From NCBI GenBank assembly GCA_965223845.1, contig CBDCXR010000004.1:7744001-7808000 (forward strand): DNA of 64,000 nt, in the 5' to 3' direction. The position numbers and the translations under genes are program-made. This DNA comes from Planctomycetota bacterium. Its GTDB lineage: Bacteria; Planctomycetota; UBA8108; SXIK01. The notes below the pieces were generated by a model, which saw nothing but the letters and a program-made list of their open reading frames with translations, made no database searches and was not told the origin of the DNA. Positions 1 through 11,191 of this stretch are shown in pieces (positions within the stretch are counted from its first letter, which is position 1; the number at the start of each line of letters is the position of its first letter).

Positions 1-1356
<1,356 letters not shown>

Positions 1357-1407
1357 CGACGACCCTCGTCGCGCCTCCCTTAGTCGGACGGTGAAGAGAG
1401 GTCCCCA

Positions 1408-2511
1408 TTGGTTCAACGCATCGAGCCTGAAGTGAGGCGATTCAAGCGAATCGTCCGCGGCAAGGTGAAGGAGAACCTGAAGCGATACATCACGCGCGGC
1501 GAGATCATCGCGCGCGAAGGGGACAAGTTCGTGTCCGTTCCGCTGCCGCAGATCGAGCTCCCGCGCTTCCGATACGGCTCGGAGCAGATGGGGGGAGTCG
1601 GACAGGGCGAAGGCGAGGAGGGGCAGTCGCTCGCCGGACAGCCCGGGGACGGCCCCGGCCAGGCGGGGGATCTGCCCGGCGAACACATCCTCGAGGTCGA
1701 GGTCGGTCTCGAGGAGCTGGCGGAGATCCTCGGCGAGGAGCTCGAGCTCCCGCGGATCGAGCCGCGCGGCGACAAGACGCTCGAGACCGAGGCCGACCAC
1801 TACACCGGTGTCCATCGCGCCGGACCCGAAGCGCTTCGCCACTTCAAGCGGACGTACAAGGAAGCCCTCAAGCGTCAGATCGCCGCGGGGATCTACAACC
1901 CCGAGCGGCCAGTGATCATCCCGATCCACGAGGACCGGCGCTATCGCGGGTGGAAGAAGAAGGGCGTCCCGCAGTCGAGTGCGGTGATCGTCTACATGAT
2001 GGATGTCTCCGGCTCGATGGGAAACGAGCAGAAGGAAATCGTCCGGATCGAGAGCTTCTGGATCGACACCTGGCTCCGCTCGCAGTACCGCGATCTCGAG
2101 ACGCGCTACATCATCCACGACGCCGTCGCCCGCGAGGTCGACCGGCACACGTTCTTCCACATACGCGAATCGGGCGGTACCCGGATCTCATCCGCCTATC
2201 AGCTCTGTAAGGACATCATCGAGAAGGACTACGATCCCTCGGCGTGGAACATCTATCCCTTCCACTTCTCGGACGGCGACAACTGGGGCGGCGAGGACAC
2301 TCAGCTTTGCCTGAGCCTGCTCCGCGATCACCTCATCCCCGTCTCGAATCTCTTCTGCTACGGGCAGGTGAAGAGCGCGTACGGGAGCGGTCAGTTCCTC
2401 AAGGATCTTCGGGACGGGATTGAGGACGAAGAGCGGCTCGTCTACTCGGAGATCAACAGCCGCGAGGAGATCTACGCCTCCATCCAGTGCTTTCTGGGGA
2501 AGGGCCGATGA
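1408..2511 (+). CDS. yeaH: YeaH/YhbH (DUF444) vWA-like protein
   Basis: [13 protein letters not shown]-like motif, [25 protein letters not shown]; lies between prkA and spoVR. Confidence 0.93.
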   Translation: MVQRIEPEVRRFKRIVRGKVKENLKRYITRGEIIAREGDKFVSVPLPQIELPRFRYGSEQMGGVGQGEGEEGQSLAGQPGDGPGQAGDLPGEHILEVEVGLEELAEILGEELELPRIEPRGDKTLETEADHYTGVHRAGPEALRHFKRTYKEALKRQIAAGIYNPERPVIIPIHEDRRYRGWKKKGVPQSSAVIVYMMDVSGSMGNEQKEIVRIESFWIDTWLRSQYRDLETRYIIHDAVAREVDRHTFFHIRESGGTRISSAYQLCKDIIEKDYDPSAWNIYPFHFSDGDNWGGEDTQLCLSLLRDHLIPVSNLFCYGQVKSAYGSGQFLKDLRDGIEDEERLVYSEINSREEIYASIQCFLGKGR

Positions 2512-3998
2512 CGACCGCACTCACGCCCGAGCTCTCGGAGATCGCGGCAGACGTCCGCGCCTACGCGACCGAGTACGGCCTCGACTTCTTCGAGGTCATC
2601 TTCGAGCTCCTCGACTACGACGAGCTGAACATGGTCGCGGCCTACGGCGGATTTCCGACGCGCTACCCACACTGGCGCTTCGGGATGGAGTACCAGGAAC
2701 TCAGCAAGAACTACGCGTACGGACTCGGAAAAATCTACGAGCTCGTCATCAACAACGACCCTTGCTACGCCTATCTCATGCGCTGCAACCACCTCGTCGA
2801 CCAGAAGATGGTGATGGCGCATGTCTACGGGCACTCCGACTTCTTCAAGTCGAACCTCTGGTTCGCGAAGACGAACCGAAAGATGATGGACGAGACCGCG
2901 AATCACGGGACGCGGATCCGTCGCTACGCCGAGCGCTTCGGCTACGAACGCGTCGAGGACTTCCTCGACTGTTGCCTGTCTCTCGAGAATCTCATCGACG
3001 CCCACTCGCCGTTCATTCGCCGGCGGCGCGACTTCACGGATGAGGATCTCGAGCACGCCCGCGAGACTCTCCAGCCGACTCGCCTGAAGGCGAAGTCGTA
3101 CATGGACAGCTACATCAACCCCGAGAGCTACCTCGAGCAGCAGCGCGAGCAGATCCAGAGCGAGCTCGAGCAGCTCGGCAAGTTCCCCGTCGAGCCCGAG
3201 AAGGATGTGCTCCTCTTCCTCCTCGAGAACGCGAAGCTCGAGCGCTGGCAGCGGGATGTTCTCTCGATCGTCCGAGAAGAGGCGTACTACTTCGCCCCGC
3301 AGGCGATGACGAAGATCATGAACGAGGGCTGGGCGAGCTACTGGCACTCGACGATCATGACCGAGCGCGCGGCGAGTTCCGCCGAGATCGTCGACTACGC
3401 CGACCGGCACTCCGGAACGATGGGGACGCGGCCCGGCGTTCTCAACCCGTACAAGGTCGGCCTCGAGCTGTTTCGCGACATTGAGAATCGCTGGAACAAG
3501 GGGCGATTCGGTCCCGAGTGGGACGATTGCACGGACGCGAACGAAAAAGCGCGCTGGGATCGCCAGCTCGGGCTCGGCCGTGAGAAAATCTTCGAGGTGC
3601 GACGCGTTCACAACGACATCACGTTCATCGACGAGTTCCTCACCGAGGAATTCGTCGCCGAGCACCAGCTCTTCACCTACAAGTTCGACAAGCAGAATCA
3701 GGAGTATCAGATCGATAGCCGTGACTTCCGCGCGGTGAAGGAGAAACTCCTGTTCAGCCTCTCGAACGCGGGGCATCCGCGCATCCGCGTCGAGGACGGC
3801 AATCACTCGAACCGCGGCGAGCTCTATCTCGTCCACTCCTACGAGGGGCTCCCGCTCCGCGTCGATCACGCGCGCGCGACGCTCGAAAATCTGTATCGCA
3901 TCTGGGGGCGACCGGTTCACCTCGAGACGGTCGTCGAGAAACGGCGAAAGGCGATGTCCTACGACGGCTCGCGGCACGACGAGACTCCGATCAAGTGA
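2508..3998 (+). CDS. spoVR: SpoVR/YcgB family protein
   Basis: [40 protein letters not shown]; ATGA overlap with yeaH stop. Confidence 0.95.
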   Translation: MTTALTPELSEIAADVRAYATEYGLDFFEVIFELLDYDELNMVAAYGGFPTRYPHWRFGMEYQELSKNYAYGLGKIYELVINNDPCYAYLMRCNHLVDQKMVMAHVYGHSDFFKSNLWFAKTNRKMMDETANHGTRIRRYAERFGYERVEDFLDCCLSLENLIDAHSPFIRRRRDFTDEDLEHARETLQPTRLKAKSYMDSYINPESYLEQQREQIQSELEQLGKFPVEPEKDVLLFLLENAKLERWQRDVLSIVREEAYYFAPQAMTKIMNEGWASYWHSTIMTERAASSAEIVDYADRHSGTMGTRPGVLNPYKVGLELFRDIENRWNKGRFGPEWDDCTDANEKARWDRQLGLGREKIFEVRRVHNDITFIDEFLTEEFVAEHQLFTYKFDKQNQEYQIDSRDFRAVKEKLLFSLSNAGHPRIRVEDGNHSNRGELYLVHSYEGLPLRVDHARATLENLYRIWGRPVHLETVVEKRRKAMSYDGSRHDETPIK

Positions 3999-4014
3999 GT
4001 CCGCGGAGGAAGCC

Positions 4015-4743
4015 TTGACCGACGACGGACCGCCCCTGACCGCCGCAGGTTTTAGCGCCTCGGCCGCGACGCTCGCGCAAGCGATCACGCGTGTCCTCGG
4101 GTCGCCCGCAGACGCCGACGCGCTTCCGAACGAAGCGACCGGACTCCGCGTCGGCCTGATGGGACCACCGGGCGTCGGGAAGAGTAGCTTACTGCGCGAG
4201 CTGGCGAGAGAGTTACGCCGGCGCGACGAGCGAGTCGCGGTGCTCGCGTCGGATCCGGTGAGCCCGAAGACGGGCGGAGCGTATCTCGGCGATCGCGTGC
4301 GCTTCGCGGAGCTGGCTGAGGATCCGGACGTGTTCGTCCGGAGCATCGGCCACCGCGATGGACCGGGGCGTCCGACACGAGGCGTCGACGCCGCCGCACG
4401 AGTCCTTCACGCTGCGGGGTACGGCTGGGTGTTCTTCGAGACCGTCGGCATCGGGCAGACGGAGACCGCGGTCCTCGGCGACGTCGATGTGCGCGTTCTC
4501 GTCCTTTCCGCCGACTCCGGCGACGGCCAACAGATGCTGAAGGCCGGCTATCTCGAGACGGCCGATGTCTACGTCGTGAGCAAGAGCGATCGACCGACCG
4601 CGGCGGTTTGGGCGCGCGAGCTGAGCGAGATCGTCGGTGACCCGGCGGAGGGTGCTCCGGCGGTGTTCTGCGCGAGCGGACGAACGGGCGCCGGAGTCCC
4701 CGAGTTGATCGACCACCTGCGCGATCGCGTCGCCGGCGGGTGA
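4015..4743 (+). CDS. meaB: MeaB/ArgK family G3E GTPase (short form)
   Basis: GPPGVGKS Walker A, DPVSPKTGGAYLGDRVR, FVRS, ETVGIGQ. Confidence 0.8.
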   Translation: MTDDGPPLTAAGFSASAATLAQAITRVLGSPADADALPNEATGLRVGLMGPPGVGKSSLLRELARELRRRDERVAVLASDPVSPKTGGAYLGDRVRFAELAEDPDVFVRSIGHRDGPGRPTRGVDAAARVLHAAGYGWVFFETVGIGQTETAVLGDVDVRVLVLSADSGDGQQMLKAGYLETADVYVVSKSDRPTAAVWARELSEIVGDPAEGAPAVFCASGRTGAGVPELIDHLRDRVAGG

Positions 4744-6290
4744 GATCCGCACCGAGTGGTGAGAGTGAGATGACCGAAGTGAAGAACGGACCGCGCGGCC
4801 GTGTCGATCGCGTGGTGGTCCCGATCGTTTCGCAGGACGGGCTCGGATCTCTGGGGCGAGTCGGCGAGCTCGCGGATGTGCGCGATCAGTTCGCTCCGGC
4901 CGCCAAGCGGGCGCTCAAGGCCGGCGTCTGCGATGCAGAGCGCTTCTCCGTACAGACATTCGTCCACGCGGCGCCGGCCCGGATCGGCTCGCTCTCGCTC
5001 GCCGGTCTCGGGTCCTTCGAGAAGCTGACTCCGGCAGTCCTTCGATCGGTCGCGGCCCAGGCGGCGCGTCGCGCTCGACGCGAGCGCTGCACGTCGGTCG
5101 GGATCCCGCTCGATTGCGCCGCGCTCACGCAGGCCGGCGAGTCGTGGGGGACCGCGGCCGTCGTCGAAGCACTCGCCGACGGTTGGCGTCACGGTAACTA
5201 CCGCGGCGGAGCCTACAAGAGCGACGGGAGAACGCAGAAGCGGAACCGCGAAGTCTCGCTCACGATGTACACGGGCGGGGTCTCGGCTCGCGGCTGCGCC
5301 GCCGCGGCGAAGCGCGGTGCCGCGATCGGCGACGCGGTGTCGTTCGCGCGGGAGATCGGTGACGCTCCGGCGAACAAGATGACTCCCGCTGCGCTCGCTC
5401 GTCGAGCCCGCGAGCTCGCGCGCAGCTCTCGCGTCACCGTAAAGATCGCCGGCGAGGCCGACATCCGGCGCCTCAAAATGGGCGCGCTCCTCGCGGTCGC
5501 GCAGGGAAGCGCGCTCCCGCCGCGGCTCATCGAGTGCCGGTACCGCCCCCGGACGCGAGCTTCGCGGCGCATCGTCCTCGTCGGAAAGGCGATCACCTTC
5601 GATTCGGGCGGGCTCTCGCTCAAGCCGGCGCGCGGGATGGAGGAGATGAAGTTCGATCTTTGTGGCGGCGCCGCCGTCCTCGGAGCGATGCGGGCGATCG
5701 CGAAGCTCGAGCCGAGGATCGAGGTCGTCGCGCTCGTTCCGGCGTGCGAGAACATGGTTTCAGGCAACTCGGTTCGCCCCGGCGACATCGTGACCAGCGC
5801 GTCGGGAAAGACGATCGAAGTGCTCAACACCGACGCCGAAGGGCGGCTGATCCTCGCCGACGCGCTCCACTACGCGAAGCGTTTCAAGCCGGACTGGGTC
5901 GTCGACATCGCGACGCTCACGGGGGCGGTCGTCGTCGCGCTCGGGAATCTCGTCAGCGGTCTCATCGCGAACGACGATGCACTGGCCGAGCGCGTCGCGG
6001 CGGCCGGAGAGGCGAGCGGAGACCGCGTTTGGCGCCTCCCCCTCTTCGACGAGGCGATCGAGGCGACTCGCGGCCAGTACGCCGACATTCGCAACTCCTG
6101 CGGCCGTCCGGCGGGGGCGATCACCGCGGGGGCGTTCCTGTCTCACTTCGCCGGCGAGGTGCCCTGGTGCCACCTCGACATCGCCGGTACTGGCTGGACG
6201 GATCGCGAGTCGCCCGGCGCCGGGCCGGGCGCGTCGGGCGTTGGGGTCCGGCTGCTCACGCGCCTCGTCGAGGACCTCGCGCGCGGCTGA
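4740..6290 (+). CDS. pepA: Leucyl aminopeptidase (M17); alternative start ATG 4770
   Basis: VGKAITFDSGGLSLKP, MKFDLCGG, NTDAEGRL, ATLTGA, HLDIAG. Confidence 0.95.
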   Translation: MRSAPSGESEMTEVKNGPRGRVDRVVVPIVSQDGLGSLGRVGELADVRDQFAPAAKRALKAGVCDAERFSVQTFVHAAPARIGSLSLAGLGSFEKLTPAVLRSVAAQAARRARRERCTSVGIPLDCAALTQAGESWGTAAVVEALADGWRHGNYRGGAYKSDGRTQKRNREVSLTMYTGGVSARGCAAAAKRGAAIGDAVSFAREIGDAPANKMTPAALARRARELARSSRVTVKIAGEADIRRLKMGALLAVAQGSALPPRLIECRYRPRTRASRRIVLVGKAITFDSGGLSLKPARGMEEMKFDLCGGAAVLGAMRAIAKLEPRIEVVALVPACENMVSGNSVRPGDIVTSASGKTIEVLNTDAEGRLILADALHYAKRFKPDWVVDIATLTGAVVVALGNLVSGLIANDDALAERVAAAGEASGDRVWRLPLFDEAIEATRGQYADIRNSCGRPAGAITAGAFLSHFAGEVPWCHLDIAGTGWTDRESPGAGPGASGVGVRLLTRLVEDLARG

Positions 6291-6333
6291 CGCGGTCGCC
6301 GTCTTCGCGTCCCGCCGGCCGGTCGATCGGAAA

Positions 6334-6361
6334 TAGACACGACCCCCGGGTTTGCTATAAT
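6334..6361 (+). promoter_or_regulatory. Sigma70-type promoter
   Basis: TAGACA (6334-6339), N16, TATAAT (6356-6361) with extended -10 TG; upstream of the PPIase gene. Confidence 0.6.
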
Positions 6362-6704
6362 CCGGGTTCGGCTCGTGTTAACCCGTAGTTCGAGAAGCCT
6401 TTGTGACGACTCTGGTCGTGTCCAAATCGGCGTCTCGTCGAGCGGCTTCGCCGGTCTTGTCGGTGGTCAGTACGCGCGCCGGTGGACTCCCTGCCGCGCT
6501 TTCCGAACCGCGCCGTCTTGGGGGTACGTCCATCTCTAACGTGCCGATTCGCGGTCGAGCGGCGATCGTCGCCGAGCGCGGTCGGTCGGTTGCTGCAAAG
6601 ATCCCATCCGGGGAACGCGATCGTGCCCGATTGTCGTCGGCCGGTTTCCGCCGGCTCCCCCGGTTTGCCGTTCGCGGCGAAGTGTCCACGGTAAGAGGTT
6701 CAGG

Positions 6705-8993
6705 ATGAGAATTGCCATCGAGTGGCGCGGCCGGTTCGCGCTTCTTCTCTGCGCGTCCGCATGTCTCGGCTCGACGCTCCTTTGCACGCCGGCTAACGCG
6801 CAGGCGCGTGAAGTGAAGGTGAAGCACATCGTCGTCTTGACGAAGGCCGAGATCGACACGATCCATAAAGAGCTCCTCGCTGGCGAGGTCGACCGAAAGG
6901 CGTTTTCGACGGCGGCGAAGAAGTACTCGAAAGATCCGGCGTCGAAGCGTCTCGGTGGGACTCTTCCCGAGTGGGTCAGTCCGACGCGCACCGGCTACGA
7001 CCCCGCGTTCAAGGATGCGGCGCTCAAGCTCGGCGTCGGTGATCTCTCCGAGCCGGTGAAGTCCGATTTCGGGTGGCATCTCATCTACGCCATCGAGGAG
7101 CGCGGCGGCGGGACGGCGACGACGGTCGTCACTCCCAGCGACGTCGCGGGGAACACCGGGACGACCGAAACGCCCGCGGGGGCCGGGACACCGAAGACGA
7201 CCGGCACATCGACGGTTGGACCGCAGAGTCTCGTACCCGCCGGGGCTGGATCGGACGGGACGGACACGACGACGAGCTCGCCCCAGACGACCGTCGAGGT
7301 TCTCGCCCCTCGGGAGCCGAAGAAGTTCGAGAACGCGAAGCGCTCGACGCGCCCGGCGAAGAAGCTCATCGTGTCGGTGTCGAGCTCGAAGGTCGGGAAC
7401 CGCGCGGCGCAGTACCGATTCAGTGATCGTCAGATGGCCGAGTTGAACGTCTCGATCAAGAACGGTGGATCCGAGGTGATTCAGTCGTTCGCGCCCGAAC
7501 TCGCGGTGCTCGGCTTCGACGTCACGGGACTCGGCGACTCCTTTCCGCTCCTCCCCGATTTTGCGTCGCTCGCCGAGCCGGCGAGCTTCTTCGTCGAGTT
7601 GAAGCCGTACGAGATCCGCGGCTACGAGTTCGCGCTCAACGAGTTCTACCCGGACCTCCGGGAGGGGCGCTATTCGGTCCGGTGGAACCGGACTACGTTC
7701 TTCACGAAGCTCGAGAGCCGGTTCCCGAAGGTGACGGAGCTCGCCGAGTACGCGACGATCAAGTCGGCCCTCCAAGCGAGCGGTGCGACGCAAGTCGACA
7801 ACATCGTTCGCGATGCCCTGGCGCGCCAGACGATGCGCGACGGCGGGCTGAACGTGAGTCTCTACGAATCGATCCGGAGCAACCGAGCGTATCTCGTCGA
7901 TCTCAAGCTGAGCGGCATCGAAGAGCCGATCCGCATCCAGCTCGACACTCGCAATCAGCTCAGCGCGGCACGACACTTCGCGAATCTGGTCGCCGACGGG
8001 TTCTACGACAACCTCGACTTCTTCGACGTCCGCGCCGGGGACTTCCTGCTCGGTGGAAGTCCGACGCCGAGCGGCAACGGCGTTCCGAACGTGCCGCTTC
8101 CGCGCGTAAGAAACGTAAACAACCTCTCCCACGTTCGCGGCACCGTCTCGTTCGTGAGCCGGCGAGTCCGCAAGGGGCCGATTCGCGGTGGCGAGATCGG
8201 AAGCGTCTTCTTTATCTGTCTCAAATCTCATCCCGAGTGGGACGCCGAGCACGTCCCGTTCGGAAAGGTCGTCTCTGGACTCGACCAGCTTTCGAAGCTG
8301 ATCGCCCGCACTCGCATCGAGTGGGTGAAGCTACTTCCGAGTGACGGTGACGCGTCCGCCATCGCCGCGAGTCCGGACGCGAGCTCACGCACGGCGGCCG
8401 GTGCTTCGACGCCGGGAGTGACCACCGGCAATCCCGAGGCGGTCATCAAAACAGCCAAGGGCGAGCTCACCGTAGAGCTGTTCGAAGACGACGCGCGAAA
8501 CACCGTAAACAACTTCGTCTCGCTCGCCGACGCGGGCTTCTACAACAAGCTTCGGGAGGGCGAAGGGAAGCAGACCTTCCACTTCCTTCTCAAGGACGAG
8601 GGCGGAAAGCCACTCGCGATTCAGGGCGGGAGTCCGACGAACGACTTCGAAGGCGGTCCCGGCTATACGGTCACCGGTGAGTCGAACGAGCACAAGCACA
8701 CGAAGGGCGCGCTCGCACTCGTCCGCGATTTCGACGAAGAGACCGGCGCTTTCGTGTCGGACAGCGGGGGAAGTCAGTTCCTCATCTGTCTCGACGATAT
8801 CCCGTACTACGACACGATGAAGCTCACGGTCTTCGGTCGTGTGACCCGCGGGCTGGAGGTGCTCGACAAGCTCGAGGAGGGCGACGCGATCGAATCGATC
8901 AATGTGACGAAGAAGCGGCCGAAATCGTCGTACACGGTGCGAAAGCACGTCCCGGGGGCACCCGTGGACCCGCACGCCGGTCACAATCACTGA
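6705..8993 (+). CDS. Secreted multidomain PPIase-like protein (parvulin plus two cyclophilin-like domains)
   Basis: Signal peptide; VKHIVV/AKKYSKDPASKRLGGTL/PVKSDFGWHLI parvulin; two cyclophilin-like units (NFVSLADAGFY, IQGGSP, GSQFLI, TVFGRVTRGLEVL). Confidence 0.85.
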   Translation: MRIAIEWRGRFALLLCASACLGSTLLCTPANAQAREVKVKHIVVLTKAEIDTIHKELLAGEVDRKAFSTAAKKYSKDPASKRLGGTLPEWVSPTRTGYDPAFKDAALKLGVGDLSEPVKSDFGWHLIYAIEERGGGTATTVVTPSDVAGNTGTTETPAGAGTPKTTGTSTVGPQSLVPAGAGSDGTDTTTSSPQTTVEVLAPREPKKFENAKRSTRPAKKLIVSVSSSKVGNRAAQYRFSDRQMAELNVSIKNGGSEVIQSFAPELAVLGFDVTGLGDSFPLLPDFASLAEPASFFVELKPYEIRGYEFALNEFYPDLREGRYSVRWNRTTFFTKLESRFPKVTELAEYATIKSALQASGATQVDNIVRDALARQTMRDGGLNVSLYESIRSNRAYLVDLKLSGIEEPIRIQLDTRNQLSAARHFANLVADGFYDNLDFFDVRAGDFLLGGSPTPSGNGVPNVPLPRVRNVNNLSHVRGTVSFVSRRVRKGPIRGGEIGSVFFICLKSHPEWDAEHVPFGKVVSGLDQLSKLIARTRIEWVKLLPSDGDASAIAASPDASSRTAAGASTPGVTTGNPEAVIKTAKGELTVELFEDDARNTVNNFVSLADAGFYNKLREGEGKQTFHFLLKDEGGKPLAIQGGSPTNDFEGGPGYTVTGESNEHKHTKGALALVRDFDEETGAFVSDSGGSQFLICLDDIPYYDTMKLTVFGRVTRGLEVLDKLEEGDAIESINVTKKRPKSSYTVRKHVPGAPVDPHAGHNH

Positions 8994-9249
8994 TCGACAA
9001 GCTCAGGCCCCAACGTCGCAAAGACTCCGCACCACGCGTTCCTTGCCGCCTGGGGGCCGATTTCACGGCGACCCTCGTCGCCTTACGAACCAACCGAGCC
9101 CGCGCGGTGCCGACGAGCGACCACGCGGGCTCGCGTTGTCTGTATCCTGAGTGCGGCCTTCGTGGAGCCCCCTCGTCGGCGCGGCGAAGCCGCCGCGCCG
9201 TTCCTCCCGGGCGGGCTCGCTTTCGTTTCGATTGCGGGAGGGATCCAGA

Positions 9250-10959
9250 GTGACGCCTGTCGACGAATCGCCGATCCGGCGCGGCATCTCCGCTCGGGCG
9301 GTGTGGCTCGTTTTCCTGGGATCGGTCGTTTCGCCATCGGTCGTTTCGCCATCGGTCGTTCCGCCTCGGGGCGAGGCGGAGGATGCTCCGTCGAGCGCGT
9401 CGGCCCGAACGCGTCCCAACATCGTCTTCATCCTCGCCGACGATCTCGGCTACGGGGACGTCGAGAGCTTCGGCCGCGAGCGCTGCGCGATCGACACACC
9501 GCACTTCGATCGCCTCGCGCGGGAGGGAATGCGCTTCACGAACGCACACGCGGCGGCTTCCGTCTGCATCCCCTCGCGGATCGCTCTCGTGACCGGGCGA
9601 TATCCGCTTCGCTTCGGGCCCGGCACGCGCGGCGGGCCGTGGGGCTTTCTCGGACTCCGGTTGAAAAAGGGCGCGCACACCGTCGCGAGGATGCTCCAGC
9701 GCGGCGGATATCGAACGGGCATCGTCGGGAAGTGGCACCTCGGAACGAAGATGCCGACGACTGACGGCAAGATCCAGGGGCCGACGAATGTCGACTACCG
9801 CCGGCCGCTCGAGGTCGGGCCGAATGACTACGGCTTCGACGAGAGCTTCATTCTTCCCGGATCGCTCGATATGTATCCCTACGTGTTCGTGCGGAACCAC
9901 GCGTTCGTGGGAGAAGTCACGGCGCAGAAAGGATGGAGCGCGTTCCACCGCGTCGGTCCGGCGGCAGCGGACTTCGAGGACTGGAAGGTCCTCGACACGT
10001 TCGCGAGCGAAGCGGAGACGTTCATCGCCGCCGCGAAGGAGGGAGGGAAGCCGTTTTTTCTCTATCTCGCCCTCACGTCGCCCCACACTCCCACCTGTCC
10101 GAGTCCGGCCTTCAAAGGGCGAAGCCCACTCGGCATCTACGGCGACTTCGTCATGGAGACCGATCACTGCGTCGGGAGAGTCCTCGCTGCGCTCGACGAG
10201 TCCGGGCTCGCGAAGAACACTCTCGTCGTCGCGACGTCGGATCACGGCGCGGCGGTCTACGCCGGCCGCGAGCCGAAAGCGACGTTCGCGCAGCTCCGCG
10301 AGCTCGAGAAGGATGGCCACTTCAGCAGCGGGCCGTACCGCGGCTACAAGTTCTCCGTCTACGAAGGCGGGACGCGCGTGCCCTTCGTCGCTCGCTGGCC
10401 GGGAGTGATCGCCGCCGGTGGGACGAGCGAGCGGCTGGTTGGACTCCAGGACTTTTACGCGACGGCGGCGGAAATCTCCGGGGCGAAGCTCGCGCCGGCG
10501 GAAGCGCCGGATTCGATGAGCCTCGTTCCGCTCTTTCGCGATCCCGCGGCTCGGGGCGCGCGGTCTTCCCTCATCATTCAGGGCGCACCTTCGCTCGCGT
10601 ACCACTCCGGACCTTGGAAGCTCGCGCTTTGTCCGGGAAGCGGGTGCGATGGGCGGTACGGAAACTCGCCGAAGCGAGTGGACGCCTGGCGCACTGCGAT
10701 TCAGTCCTACCGCGGGGAGCTCGAGCGCGAAGACGATCTCGTGAAGCCGGAGTTTGTGCAGCTCTATCGGCTCGATCGCGACCCGGGTGAAACGACGGAT
10801 CTCTCGGCGGAGCATCCCGAGAAGCTGAGCGAGCTCTTCGAGCAGATGCGGTCCGAAGTCGAGCGCGGGAGGACGACTCCCGGCCCGCGGCTCGCGAACG
10901 ATCGGGAGAAGATCCCGCTCTTTCGCGGCGTGCCGCCTTTCGTTTGGGGGGCGCCGTAG
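9250..10959 (+). CDS. Arylsulfatase (formylglycine-dependent sulfatase)
   Basis: PNIVFILADDLGYGD, CIPSR..LVTGRY (CxPxR), GKWHLG, SDHG, YEGGTRVPF; GTG 9250 follows GGGAGG. Confidence 0.92.
   Translation: MTPVDESPIRRGISARAVWLVFLGSVVSPSVVSPSVVPPRGEAEDAPSSASARTRPNIVFILADDLGYGDVESFGRERCAIDTPHFDRLAREGMRFTNAHAAASVCIPSRIALVTGRYPLRFGPGTRGGPWGFLGLRLKKGAHTVARMLQRGGYRTGIVGKWHLGTKMPTTDGKIQGPTNVDYRRPLEVGPNDYGFDESFILPGSLDMYPYVFVRNHAFVGEVTAQKGWSAFHRVGPAAADFEDWKVLDTFASEAETFIAAAKEGGKPFFLYLALTSPHTPTCPSPAFKGRSPLGIYGDFVMETDHCVGRVLAALDESGLAKNTLVVATSDHGAAVYAGREPKATFAQLRELEKDGHFSSGPYRGYKFSVYEGGTRVPFVARWPGVIAAGGTSERLVGLQDFYATAAEISGAKLAPAEAPDSMSLVPLFRDPAARGARSSLIIQGAPSLAYHSGPWKLALCPGSGCDGRYGNSPKRVDAWRTAIQSYRGELEREDDLVKPEFVQLYRLDRDPGETTDLSAEHPEKLSELFEQMRSEVERGRTTPGPRLANDREKIPLFRGVPPFVWGAP
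9321..9365 (+). repeat. 15-bp tandem repeat x3 (ATCGGTCGTTTCGCC) in the sulfatase leader
   Basis: Directly visible; encodes SVVSP-SVVSP-SVVPP. Confidence 0.85.
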
Positions 10960-11191
10960 TCGGGTGCGGACGGGCGCCCCGATCGCGGCGATCTGCCCGC
11001 ATTCGGGGCGCAACTAGCCCCGGCCGTCGGGCGGCGCGTTCGTCCGTAGCGTTTACGTCCAAAAAGGAGGCCTCGGCGCGCCGGCGGAGTAGAATCAGGA
11101 CGGAAGCGCGGGTTAGGATGGCGTGCGCGCCCGCCGGTTCGCGGGGGCGGGGGCAGAAGTCGGATATCACGATCCCTGGGAGAGACGATCC

